Shown here: positions 13,000 to 25,068 of the stretch, one piece after another | Numbering within the stretch: the first letter of the stretch is position 1 | Layout of the letters: every line of letters begins with the position of its first letter | Origin: Glaucostegus cemiculus | Taxonomy: Eukaryota | NCBI GenBank assembly: GCA_976551045.1 | Contig: CDPCPM010000106.1 | Coordinates: forward strand, 23,374,001 to 23,438,000 | Direction of reading: 5' to 3' | DNA: 64,000 bases | Translations under genes and position numbers: made by a program | Notes under the pieces: model-generated | Seen by the model: the letters and a program-made list of their open reading frames with translations, nothing else | Told to the model about the DNA's origin: nothing | The model's database searches: none

Positions 13000-15450
13000 G
13001 GCTTTACCCCAAGTGGGTAAAGTAGAGCTTGATAGGGTAGGTGGGTGGGTTGTTTGTGATGTTGTGTGCTCCATCCACTGTTTGTTCCCCTCATGGATAC
13101 TCCAGGTGCTTAGTACCTTCTTCATCACGAAACAGTCACAAGTCCATTAGGATGTAATAGTTTCTGAAGGAGACTTCAAGAATGCTGTTGAAGCAGTTCC
13201 TCTGTTCACCTGGAATTCTCATGCCATGACAGAGCTTGAAATAGAGTGCATGTTTAAGAGTCTGGTGTAAAAGCATGCAGAAAATTTTGTGTATACTTTG
13301 CTTGATGATTAGACCTTAAGTGTGGGGATGTTGGCATGGGAGAGTATGCTGCCGTTAGTTTTCCAATCTTGCCAATGCAGTTGGAGGATTTTGAGGAGAC
13401 GACATTGCTGGTATTTTTAGAGTACTTTGTGGTACCTTCTTCAGCTTGTCTATTAACAGGAATGTGAAAATCACTGCTGCTTGGTAAACCAGTGGTTAAC
13501 TACCGAGCTTGAGGTCTTGGTCTTCAAACACTCTTTTCCACTGTCAGTTGAGTGCTGTTCTGGTGAATTTTGCCATTGATGCCTGAGAGGTCTCTTCCAA
13601 ATAAAGTGATCCATGTATCTGAGCGTCTCGTTGTGAATCCTGACTGTCAGAGTTCATGTCGTCAGGTTATAAGAGGCTCTTCGTTTTACTGGTGTCTAGT
13701 GTAAGGCTCATCTTCTTGTGCACTTCAGTGGTGAACCCAATAAAGATGGGGCTCATTTTCTGAATATACACTCTTATAGGTGCCCTAACTTGATGAATAA
13801 TGTTATGGTTCTGGAGTGAAGATAATGAAGGTCCAATAGTTTCCTGTTTATCATCAACTCCATTCCACTGGGGAGCCTACAACAGATATATTTCTGAGGA
13901 TTGCCAAATATGAGGTGGATTCTCCATAATGCCTTTTGCTTGCTGTATGCATTTATGAAGTTAAAAATGCCAGGTGGAGTGGTCAGGTTGCTCCACATAT
14001 TCCCTGGATTTGTCACATGTCTCTGGGAGGAGCATCTTGCTACTGGGAGGAAGTGATTGAAAAGGTACTTCCAATGACTTGCCCTTTGGCAGACACCATA
14101 ATTTATGGGGCCAATCTTGTCTTCTTTTTCTGGGATCCTCTAGCATGCACTTCTCATGCCAAATGAGAAATATGAGGTCATGAATTCACCCCAGAAGTAC
14201 TCCTCTGCTGTGTTTGAGTATCTCATCGGGGATATCATCTTTCCTCCATTCCTGGCTCTCAGTGAGATAAGTCCTTGGGTGTTTATGTTATAGATGGGCT
14301 TGACAACACTGAGAAGCCCTCATTTATTTTGGTTATTAACTAGTTGTCAGATCTCCTGTGTTCTTTCTACCAAGGTCATGAAATTTTTGTTGGACCTAGG
14401 CCTTCAGATGCCTGTGGTTATGTTTTTTTTATCATGAGAGAATTTTCTTTTGTTTATAATGAAGCTCCTGGATGTCCTGGTTCATTTTCATTAAATCCAT
14501 CTCATTGTTTTGGGTAGAGAAGATGAAAGACTCTTCATAGCTGTTATTTATCCTAGACTTCAAAGTTGTCCAGACATTGGACACTGCTTGGGAATTGTCA
14601 GGATATCTGTGAGAGTCCTTGCATTGCTCTTGAGTCCTTCAACACTTATTTTTCTGTGCTTAAGGGGCTAAATTATTTGAAGTGATAGATTAGGCATTGT
14701 GCATCCCTCACTTAGATGCTGATATTATCTATTAAATACCGAGGCTTGATCAAGGCTGTTGGATCAGACATGGTATTTTTTGTGTTAGTTATGACAAGAC
14801 CATGATCCAATCATTTAGTTAGGATGAATTGGCTTTCCCCATTTCTTCCTTGTCAGTTACACCCTTCCAGAGTTTTATGTCCTTTCCAACCCTGGCACTG
14901 AAATAGCCAAGGAAAATCCTCAGTTAGGGATTGTTCAGGAATTCATCTTTGGCTTCATCCATTGCTTCCAGAGTTGGGTTGTACACTCTGACCTTAGCGT
15001 GCTGATTTGTGTTAGAGTGAACTGGAGGGTCATGAGACATCTTATCCCACAGAGGTGTTACTGAGATGTCAGACTATTTCAATCTTGAAAGCCAAATCTA
15101 TTATTATCATTCTGTTTTGCTCTTCCAGAAGAATATGTGCCCAATTCTCTGTTTCCTGACATGGCCTTCTGTGGCTCATTTCGTCTCACTCAGAGCGATG
15201 ATGTCAATGTGCAAGTGACTGAATTCCCAGGCCATGACAATGGAGCAATGTCAAATCTGTCGCTGTTCCGGTTGTCCAGGAGGGTTGTGATATTCTAGGA
15301 CCTAAACTTTATTTAGGAGGAATGGATAATGTGTGTGCATTGATTCTTTCAACGTGTGTGGCTGTTGCACACCACATGCCACATGGTCTTGATGGAATGA
15401 GGTCTTTGTCCAATGGCAAGGAGATTCAAGGTGACTGGAGACTAGGTTCT
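13000..15450 (-). mobile_element. RTE-clade LINE, decayed, endonuclease through C-terminus
   Basis: Minus-strand peptides IDIIALSETK (about 15180-15210, APE endonuclease motif), KRVFEDQDL (about 13510-13540) and KYQQCRLLKILQ (about 13380-13420) are RTE-type; many stops and frameshifts. Confidence 0.75.
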
Positions 15451-15554
15451 GCTGATCGGGCTGCACAGACAGAATGACAGATGCTCACACTCTCGTTCAG
15501 GCAGGTACAATCTGGCTACACGTGCACTAACTGGCACACACTCACTTGCTCTTA

Positions 15555-15810
15555 CCTACACCTACTTCTTCTCCCTTCTCTTCCTTAAACCCTCTCACTG
15601 TCCTCTAATTCCCTAACAGTTTCCCACCATCTATTCCTCTTCCCAAACCCCCTTCTTCCTTCCCTTTGTCCCATTCTCTCTTTTACATCCTCCCACTCAG
15701 ACACGCCACTTTCTCCCACCTTCCAATCACCTGTTCTGCCTCCCTTATCCCTCTCACCTTCCCTCTCTCCCACCATTTCCCTGACTCCTACTATTCTCCA
15801 GCCACTGGCC
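15555..15810. repeat. CT-rich low-complexity tract
   Basis: Strong pyrimidine skew on the + strand. Confidence 0.7.
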
Positions 15811-16934
15811 ATACCCTGCCCCTTGAAGTGAAGTCGTCCCCATTCAAACATCTACACCGGGTTCTCTGATCAGCTGTAAGTTGTCAAGGTGTTGAATAAC
15901 TATATTCTTAACCATCAACCCCACTGATTTGCTAACAGTAGTTAATATCAGTGCTGGCAAATCTTGGCCCATGTTTCATTACAGTTTTCTTGCATTGGTA
16001 TTCTCTTTCTCTACAGATATTAACACAAAATAGTCAACCTGTTCATCATCATGATTAGAGTTTGCCTGCCCTCAGCTGGGATGTAATGGTCCCCATGGAT
16101 GCTACCAGGTGACCATTTTCTGCACTTGCTGGCACATTGAGTACAGGCCAGGACTGTGATTTTTGAGTTCCAACTCAACTGTCTGCAAAAACCATGGTTT
16201 GTCTGGGTTTGGCAGTCACCAGAATTCAGGTGTGAATTCTTAGGAACTCAACCAGAGGTTGTGTGCCAAAAGCCAGAGCCTCCTGACCCTGACTATCTCA
16301 TGCTGTTTGATGATAGACCTCAGACATGTGACGTGCTCACTGAAACAAGTGTGTCTGCCTCAGACACCAGTGGTTGTCAGTACCCAGTGTCCTACTTAGA
16401 GAGACAGTAAAATGGTACAAGGAGGATGCACACATTGTGGAGGCAGGTCTCTATTGGTAATGTGTTATCCCAGGTATTCATGCACAATTAATATTCATTC
16501 AACATATATGCCATTTCATTATTTACAACATCAGTTTTCAAGGGACCTGGAATGCTCCTGGCAATTCTCCTTTTCTTAATATAATTGTAAAACATTTTGT
16601 ATTGATTTTGAGATTCCTTGAAAATTTGCTTTCATTCTCCATTTCTGTAGCTTTTTTCCAGTTTGTTAACTTTGGTTTTTCTTTGTATCTCTGCAAGACA
16701 ACAAAATCTATGCTGTTTTTGGATTTTTTGGTGGTGTTTCTTTCAGTTTTATATCGTCCTGTAACTCTTCAGTCACTTATATTTATATATTATATTTTGT
16801 TTTGCATATTATCTATGGCAAAACTGGAGGCCATTGGGCTCATTGAGTACATGCAGCCCAATCTCATCAATTCCATTCCCCCACTCTGTCTCAGATGCTC
16901 CTCAACTCCACTGAAATTCTCCTGCTATGATCTG

Positions 16935-17015
16935 AAGTAGGAGTAATTTTTAATACTCAATTAACTTACAAACCAACACATCTTTAGAATGTGGAAGGAA
17001 ACTGGAGCACCAGGG
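16935..17015 (-). mobile_element. V-SINE core fragment
   Basis: catctttagaatgtggaaggaaactggagcacc matches the SINE core at 27325-27356. Confidence 0.75.
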
Positions 17016-17982
17016 GGTGGGGCAGTTAGGCGGAGATGACCCTCCCTGCTCTTATATTCTTTGGTTAATAATGGAAAGCATCCAGTATCCCTTTTTAAAT
17101 CCACCTGTTCTGTCGTGTTCAGGATCTGTGGACATAGTCACCTCTGTTCACCTATCTCTCTCAGTGTCCTACCAATTACTGAGTATTCCCTTGATTTGTT
17201 GCACCTCCCCAAGTGTAATTTCACATTTCTCCACACAGCTGATTTTGTTTTGGCAACTGCAGCTTTGCCCTTTAGGGGTATAAACGAGTTCTGTATCACT
17301 TCAAGTACTTTTTGAACACCAACCGCATATTTTTTGCTTTACATATCAACAGACCTGCCTCGGTTGTTGTTTCTGTCTTATTCTATTGAAGTCAACCTTG
17401 CCCAAATCTAGACTATTAGTAGCTGTTAGAGTTTCTTGCTTTCATGCTCTGTTTTGAACTAAGTCATGTTATGATTGCTATTAGTTCATGCTCCCTGAGG
17501 CTATTAACAAATCTTACTCGTGAGTCATTGCTATATCTAATGTCGACTACTCCCTGGTTGGCTCTAGTACATAGTGTTTGCAGAAAACTGAACACAAGCA
17601 AGAAATTCATTATTTTTGTGACATGTGCCAGCTTGTTTACTCTAATCTCTATGAAAGTTAGAATCCTACATATAAAAGTGCATTGCCTTTGCTGCGTGCT
17701 TCTCTAACCTCTGCATTCACACCTTCCAGCTCCTGAAAGCAGCTTTCATATGGACGATTCACAACTCCAACACAGTCATAAAATCTTTCTCTATTCTCTC
17801 TCCACTCGGACTCTACTCCCAATCCAATTAAGGTGAAATCTATCTAATGGCACATTTTCTTTCTGTTCCAGAAACTGGTGCCAGTACCTCATGAAATTGA
17901 ACTCGTCTTTCTCACAGCATCTGTTCAGCCACACCTTCTGTTTGTATCTGCACCAGGTTGCACTAGCCTGGATTACAGGGTC

Positions 17983-17986
<4 letters not shown>

Positions 17987-18020
<34 letters not shown>

Positions 18021-18039
18021 TGTGTACATATATATATAT
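17987..18039. repeat. (GT)n plus (TA)n compound microsatellite
   Basis: Directly visible. Confidence 0.95.
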
Positions 18040-18309
18040 CCCGCTGACGGTGCTGCAGTCCCTCATTACTGGCGATGGGGAGTTTTGGCCTGGATTATGG
18101 AGCTGCAGTCCTAAAGTACATCCATATGGTGAGAATGCAACACCATGAGCCAAGGCGGGAGGGATTTTGCCCTGCAAATGAAATATGACAGTCAAGCCCT
18201 TCTGAGCATTTAGTGCATTTTGCCCATGTCTTGTCTTTGTAGGTGCTGTCCATTTTATTCCATGTCCCTGTGACTTTGCCCACTGCCTGCTGAGGAATTG
18301 AATGCAAAA

Positions 18310-18660
18310 GAGATTAGGTTATGCTGTTATGTTATTCTATAGAGCATTGGTGAAACTGTATCTGGATACAGTGTGTAGTATTGCTCTCATTCAAAAAAGG
18401 ATATTATTATTGAACAGAGTTCAAAGAAGGTTTATTAGATTGATTCAGGGAATGGGTGGTTTGTCTGGTGAAGAAAGGTTGAGCAGGATATGCTTGTATC
18501 CATTAAACTTTAGAAGAGTAAGGGAGGACATAAGATCCTGACACGACTTGAGAGGATGGATATGGAGAAGATATTTCCTCTTGTGGGAGAATCTAGAATG
18601 AGGGCTTACTGTTTAAAAACTAGGGGTCATCCATTTAAGTCTGAAATTAAGCAATGTAGG
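18310..18660 (+). mobile_element. CR1 LINE ORF2 C-terminal fragment
   Basis: ORF 18302-18541: YRALVK...RVQRRFIRLIQGMGGLSGEERLSRICLYPLNFRRVREDI. Confidence 0.85.
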
Positions 18661-19379
18661 AAGGCTCTCCTGTATTTTCAGGGGCTACAAGACCCTCCAG
18701 ATGTAGGAAGCAGACCTTTCATTCGTAGGATGTAGTGGAAGAAGTAGCTATGAAGATCAATACCAGGAGCGCTGTCTAGAGAGGATGAGAAATTCATTGA
18801 TCTCACATGTGGTCAAACCTTTGGATTCACTTCCAGTTGCCACTGACTGCACCATTAACCTTAGGTACTAATCAATTCACTTCATCCACATTACCCATAA
18901 ACAATCTCTATTATTAACAAATTATGCCTACTGTTCATATACTCACTTCATTTTCATATTCTTAGCATTGTTACAAAATTCACACTCATTAATAACAGCT
19001 TGCACACAATGCCATTTGTTCAACCATGATGGCCATTTCCCTCATTTACTTTGTATGTACTCAGTGCCAGACATACCTTTCTGTAGCAGGACAAAGTGCC
19101 TAAGCAGAGGCCAGAAATACATACATGTCCTAACACCCATGGAAAAGAGGGATACAGCCATTATTGGAAAGGTTGTTGCCAGTAGCCAGAGTCGATTGTA
19201 TCCCTACTCCTATTGCTTCTTCTCACATCTCAGTGCCCTCTCACCCTACATTTCCTTCAACTTCTCAGGCTACACATGGTGTAAATGTGAACCCCTTACT
19301 TCACTTCCCTTGTATACCCAATACTTGCAATTGGACAGGCAGTAGAGAAATATAAACAAGGCAATGATAATGATGATGC

Positions 19380-20100
19380 TACACCATCAATTTGATACTT
19401 AAAGACACCAGATCAAACACTGACATTGTGTTTAATTTAATGGATAACAGAGAGTGATGCAGTAGGAATTGAAGGCCTAAAGCCAAGACAGTACTGGAGC
19501 CACCAGCCACATCATCAGCTAATGGCCCTTGACACTCGGTAGGGACTCTTAATTTGGTATGTGGCTGGGACAGTGGACTACTGCAGAATGAAGGTTGCCT
19601 GAGTGCTGCCAGTGGACCTGGGCATATTACATAGCAACTGGATGTTAAGAATTTCTGCTTCTGGTTCAAATTTAACATGTATCACCCACAAAGCCTTATT
19701 CATGTAACAAATGACATCCTGAATTATTGGAAGTCCCACAATTGTCTCAAAGCCAAATCTATTCCCTCTCTGTTAGCAGACCTCTGACAATATCAAATGA
19801 CATGTAATTAATTCTCTTTGAATAGACAATGTTTGTGACTTTCCTTGCACAACACAGGTGTTGGAAGTACCACCACACCAGCCTAGAAGGAGCCTGGCAC
19901 ATAGTTGATATGATCACCTTGGCAGCCAGTGGCATTGCATTCCTTAAGGTTTCAGTTGTGTTTGCAGTATATGGAAGATTTTAGTGAAGATGTCCATATT
20001 GAAGATGTTTCATATATTGCTTGCAGAGGTTTGGGTAAGAACTTGCTTTCCGAAAGGTTGTAGCCTCCTGCTGAGAACTATTCCCCCACCGTCCTCCAGC
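19380..20100 (-). mobile_element. PIF/Harbinger transposase relic
   Basis: Minus-strand peptides in expected order NAMPLAAKVII, ILNIQLLCN, ATFILQ*S, GVFKYQ resemble Harbinger motifs ALPVAVKV, SLNVQLVCD, HDAFIL.S, GVLK.RF. Confidence 0.55.
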
Positions 20101-20719
20101 AGTTTTTATTGCTCTTTATGCCTTCCGTTTATTCTCCTCGTCAGACTATATTGCAAGGGCAGTGTTCAGGAACATCTGGTTTGTGCAGCGATATTGACAA
20201 CGACAAGATATTCCTTCATCACTCCTTGTTTGCTTTTGCAACTTTATATTACCATGCAAGATGTCAGACACTTGTCGTTTTGTAACAACAACCAGCAGAA
20301 ATCAACCACAACTTGGCTGAAATGTTGATAATTCCTTTATATCCCAATAGTTGGTGGACCATTCTGCTGCTAAACATGCTCAGCTGTATAAGATTAAGGG
20401 TGTTAGGTGCGGTATTGAACTCCAAAATGAGAGCACTGATGATCAATATAATCTGCCACTTCTATCTTTTGCCATCAGGCATTCATGTGTGTTTTACTGA
20501 TCACCTCACCAATATGACATCTGGCTTGACTCATCCCACAAGCTCACAGGTGCTATTCTGAAGCTTGAAGGGCATTTTGCCCCTCTCCCAAAAATGGGCA
20601 TTAACAATTTTGGTGCGATACTTACCAAATTTTCCATGTTCGACTTTGAATATCATGCACGTCATTTGTAACAACTCAGTGTAGTACATTTTGTTTGATG
20701 TTTTTCTTTTGATTTTGAT

Positions 20720-21420
20720 GTTTCTGGATAATGGTCAAAAATTCACACCACAAAGTTCCAGGCAATGACCATCTCCAACAAGAAAGAATCCAGTCACCTA
20801 CCTTTGTCATTCAATGGCATTATCATTGCCGAGTCCCCCAACATCAACAACGTGGGGGCCACCATTGACCAGAAACTCAGCTGGATCAGCCACAGATATA
20901 CTGTGGCTACAAAAGCAGGTCAGAGGCTACATATCCTGCAGCAAACATCTCACCTCCTAACACCCCAAGGATTTTCCACAACTCTCAAAAAATTTGACAC
21001 TATCCAGGATAAATTAGTCTGCTTAATGGGCTCCTCCTTCACCACCTTAAACATTTGTTCCTTAAACAACCAGTGCACAGTGGCTGCAGTGTGTACCTTC
21101 TGTAAAATGCACTGCAGTTGCTTTCTCAGGCTACGTTGATAGTATCTCCCAACCCACAACCAATACTACCTCGAAAGAGAAGGGCAACAGGTGTATGGGA
21201 ACATTACCACCTGCAGGTAGGCCTCCAAGTCCAGCATCATCCTGATTTGGAAATATAATTGGCAGACCTTCATTGTTGCTGGCTCTAAATCCTGGATCTC
21301 CCTGTCCAATAGCATTAAGTAACTCTGTCAAAGCTGCAGTGGTTCAAGAAGGCACTTAAGGGCAGTGGTGGATGGGCAATAAATGCTGGACTTGCCTGTG
21401 ATGCCCGTATACTGGAAATG
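20720..21420 (+). mobile_element. L2/CR1-group LINE 3' part
   Basis: ORF 20765-21139: LSFNGIIIAESPNINNVGATIDQKLSWISH..TVATKAGQRL, a post-RT non-LTR motif; tail ggatgggcaataaatgctgg. Confidence 0.8.
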
Positions 21421-21484
21421 AATATTATATAAAGAGGGGATATATTTAACACTGAGCAATATCTATCACTGAAAAGTCAAAACA

Positions 21485-21625
21485 AAAAAGCAGATTATCT
21501 AATCATTATCTCATTGCAAGAACTTACCTTGTGAAAGTTCCTGCATCACAGTGGTGACTACACTTCAAGGAAGTACTTCAGTGAAGGTTGAGTACTTTGG
21601 AATGTCCTAAAGTTGTGAAAGGTAT
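21485..21625 (+). mobile_element. Deu-type SINE (SacSINE1/AmnSINE1-like) 3' fragment
   Basis: gtgactacacttcaa..aagtacttc...actttggaatgtcctaaagttgtgaaagg resembles the remembered DeuSINE 3' consensus. Confidence 0.6.
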
Positions 21626-23423
21626 TACCCAACAAACTATGGGAAATTAGCAGAAGCTTCTTCACTCTCAGTGTGATTGGAATGTGGAACTTGATATGAC
21701 AGGGAATCATTGAAATGAAAAGCATAGCTGTATTTAAAAGGAAACTGTATTCATCTATGAGTGAGGAATGTACAGAAGGATATGTTGAACTTAGGTGGGA
21801 GAAGGCTGATGTGGAGCAGACACTAGCATTGAACTATTAGGCTGAATAACCTATTTCTCCAATCTTGAATTTGATCTAATTCTGTATAATATATGTAAAT
21901 AGCATATTTTTCCAGAAATAGTTGAAATTACTGAACCAAAATGGACAGCATATCTAAGCATTGTGTACACTATATGTACTCTACTTCCTATCTACCTATT
22001 CAATTCTTCCATTTGAGATTTTTCTTGGATATTTAAGACATTGATATGCATAATGTATCTTATTCCACATTTCTTTTGCCAAAGAATATCATACAATCTA
22101 ACTTTATCCTTGTTACTTTTCCCTCATCCTGTTTTGTGGGCGATTTACCACATAATATGAATACAAGGCATGTGCACCTTTCAGACCAATGGTATTCTTA
22201 TATTAATCATCATGCATTATTTGAGAAAGACTATTAAACACTGGTTGGATTCTCTGCTCCTTTGCTTGACTCCATAACTTTTCCTTTCGATGATACAACT
22301 GAGATTCCATAAGGAATAAGGATGGAAATCTCATTACAGCTTCACAGGACACATACTGTACTGCCAACACGGCCATTTCCAAATGTACCTTACGTACTTT
22401 TGTTAGAATTGCTACCGTGTCTCGGGTATTTAGCTCTACAGTAAAACCTTGTTAATAAATTAGTTCATATAAAGTAATACTTATAACTGCAGTTGTATGC
22501 AGATACCAGTGCTCAGTATTACCTTGTTTGTACTGTGGGTGGTAGACAGCTTGTGCATGAATCAAATGTTCATGCCTCAAGTTACAATTTGTTTACATGC
22601 AAGTTTAATTTTCCACATAACCAGTACAAGAAAAAATGGTTTCTATTTAATGAGTGAGCAGAAGGAAACAAATAAGTAAACATTATATTAAACTAATTAA
22701 TCCAAGTTTACATAGTTTTAATTTTCAGTAAATGTGGAACAGGATTCTAATTTAAAACTAATGTTGTTATTTGGCCTCAATATGCTCAAGTTACCCAACT
22801 CAACAACATGCTGATAGCCCAGTTGCCACATAGACTATAACTTACAGTTTGGTTTAGTACTGGATTGTTTGTGTGTTAGGTGGCTAAATTATTTGACTGA
22901 AAATTGATAATTTAGCTGTGGCAATTGTCCAATGGAAACGACCACCATGTTCTACATCCATAACTGATTATAAACCTCTAACATAAAGGAACCAATCTAT
23001 GGTTCAGTGAATTTTCCACTAAATAGATGTATCAAACTGACCAGGAAAGTGCCAGGTCCAGTCTCCTGTAGTTCTGAGTTAATGGGCCAGTTGTGGAATG
23101 CCATACTTGATCTCAGATGCCACTGGATTAGGAAGTAAAAGTTAACTATAATTTCCACAATAGCTCACATTCTTCCTTAGAAAATCACCAAAGGCTGATC
23201 ATCAGTTCAAAAAGGTTGCAACCCCTAAATGATCCTGAATAAAACACCATAACACTGGAAAGGCAACACATACACTGAAAGTGCACTGGAATTGGTGCTC
23301 CAATTTCTCTGTCTTAACTACTTATTTTCCCACCACTGGTGTTATTATTCTATGCTATTATTGAGAATTCCTGACCAAAGAAAATTCCTATTCGTGGTCT
23401 AAGCATCAAATACAATAGGAGTT

Positions 23424-23448
23424 TGTGTGTGTGTGTGTGTGTGTGTGT
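23424..23448. repeat. (TG)n microsatellite
   Basis: Directly visible. Confidence 0.95.
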
Positions 23449-24341
23449 TTATGCAGGGAGGGGGTGTGACATGCTTGGAATGGGAGGAGGATAGTGGGGT
23501 TTAGTATTTATTAGAAAATTATCAGGAAAATATAAAATAAACTCTTAAGCAATTGCTGGTGTATGAATAGATCTTATATGTCAGAGACAATGTAAACATT
23601 TTACCAAATTCAACTGGCATTACGCGTAGCTTTTGATACAATATTCTTTAATGTTCTGTTGGCCTTTGTCATGCTTAGCAGACATCAGGCCAGACAGTAG
23701 GAGCTGGAGCTGTTACTGTGGATGCTAAACATTATACGCCCTAGATCAACAAAAGGGTTAATACTTTCAGGAAAGGCAGATGTCAGGACCTTGGAAACCA
23801 ACATCCGTTATTGGAAAGTTTTTTTTGTACCTTAAAACATTATGCAGGACTAGTGAAAATTGCAATCACTGTGTACATTCCTGGAACTGTCACTGAAATA
23901 TAAATCCTGGTGTCCATTTGTCCTGACTCAGCCAGAAACACTGAGCAAAATCAAAATGCTCTGTCTGCTTAAAAGCATTTATTTGAGGACTTCTATTAGC
24001 CACACCATGGTTGGTATATACAGAATAATGAATGGCCAGTGGCTAACAACTGAGTTTGAGGATAGGTGTTTGGGACTTGTCCAATGAGTTTGTGATTTTA
24101 CAAATGAAGCAGAAGTCTAACTCAATGTCCACCTTCGGTAACATCCCTGACCTACCATTGTCCCACATATCTGACCAAAATCTACAGGGGAATGCCACAC
24201 ATCATTTTACTTCTTGATTCATTTTTTGACAAACATTTCTTGTATTGCTTCACCCATTCAATGATAACTACTGTTTCTCTGAGAGAGCTTTCAAAGTTTT
24301 ATGCATTACATTCTATAGTGACATTTTTTGCTTTATTGCAG

Positions 24342-24567
24342 TTCCAATGCCGATTAAAGCCAATGGCAGTTCACTTTCTTTGAACATGCAAAAGGATGGC
24401 TCCATTGGAGGAGTGACAAACCCAAATGAAGTGTTCTGCTCAGTCCCAGGCCGCCTGTCACTGCTCAGCTCCACTTCCAAGTATAAAGTGACCGTGGGAG
24501 AGGTTCAGAGGCGTCTATCACCACCAGAGTGTCTGAATGCATCACTACTCGGAGGAGTGCTGAGGAG
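24342..24567 (+). CDS. TFAP2E: AP-2 transcription factor (probably AP-2 epsilon), coding exon equivalent to exon 4, start of basic DNA-binding region
   Basis: Encodes (V)[74 protein letters not shown](R), the invariant AP-2 motif; acceptor ctttattgcag ends 24341, donor gtgagt starts 24568; 226 nt, ends in phase 2 matching next exon. Confidence 0.95.
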
Positions 24568-24949
24568 GTGAGTGAAGGAGGGAATGTTAGTTGAGTAGTT
24601 AACAACTGGGGTTGGAGTCAATGAAAAGAATTGAGAATGATACATAAATTGTACTATTATCAAAGATAAAAATAATAATGAGAGACATTGAGCTTAAAAG
24701 ATGAAAAGGAAGAGAAATAACAAAGGTGATAAAGGGATAAAATTGAAAAAAGAACATGGAGATTGAAAGGAAGATGGTACAAGAAACAGAAAAATTAAGA
24801 TTTTCTAAGCAACAATGAACTTACTGACTATTTTACATCTAACAAAATATAACTAAACTTACGATATACTGAGCAAAAAGATGAAAAGTTAATGAGTTGT
24901 TACTTTTCCATCTGTACACTGGATTTAAACACATGTATGTCTTCCTTAG

Positions 24950-25068
24950 GGCAAAGTCAAAGAATGGCGGTAGATCCTTGAGAGAAAAGTTGGAAAAGAT
25001 TGGACTGAATTTGCCTGCAGGAAGGCGCAAAGCAGCCAATGTCACCTTACTCACCTCACTTGTCGAAG
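24950..25068 (+). CDS. TFAP2E: AP-2 transcription factor, coding exon equivalent to exon 5 (basic region)
   Basis: Encodes (R)[39 protein letters not shown](G); acceptor cttccttag ends 24949, donor gtaggg at 25069; 119 nt, phase consistent with both neighbours. Confidence 0.96.
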
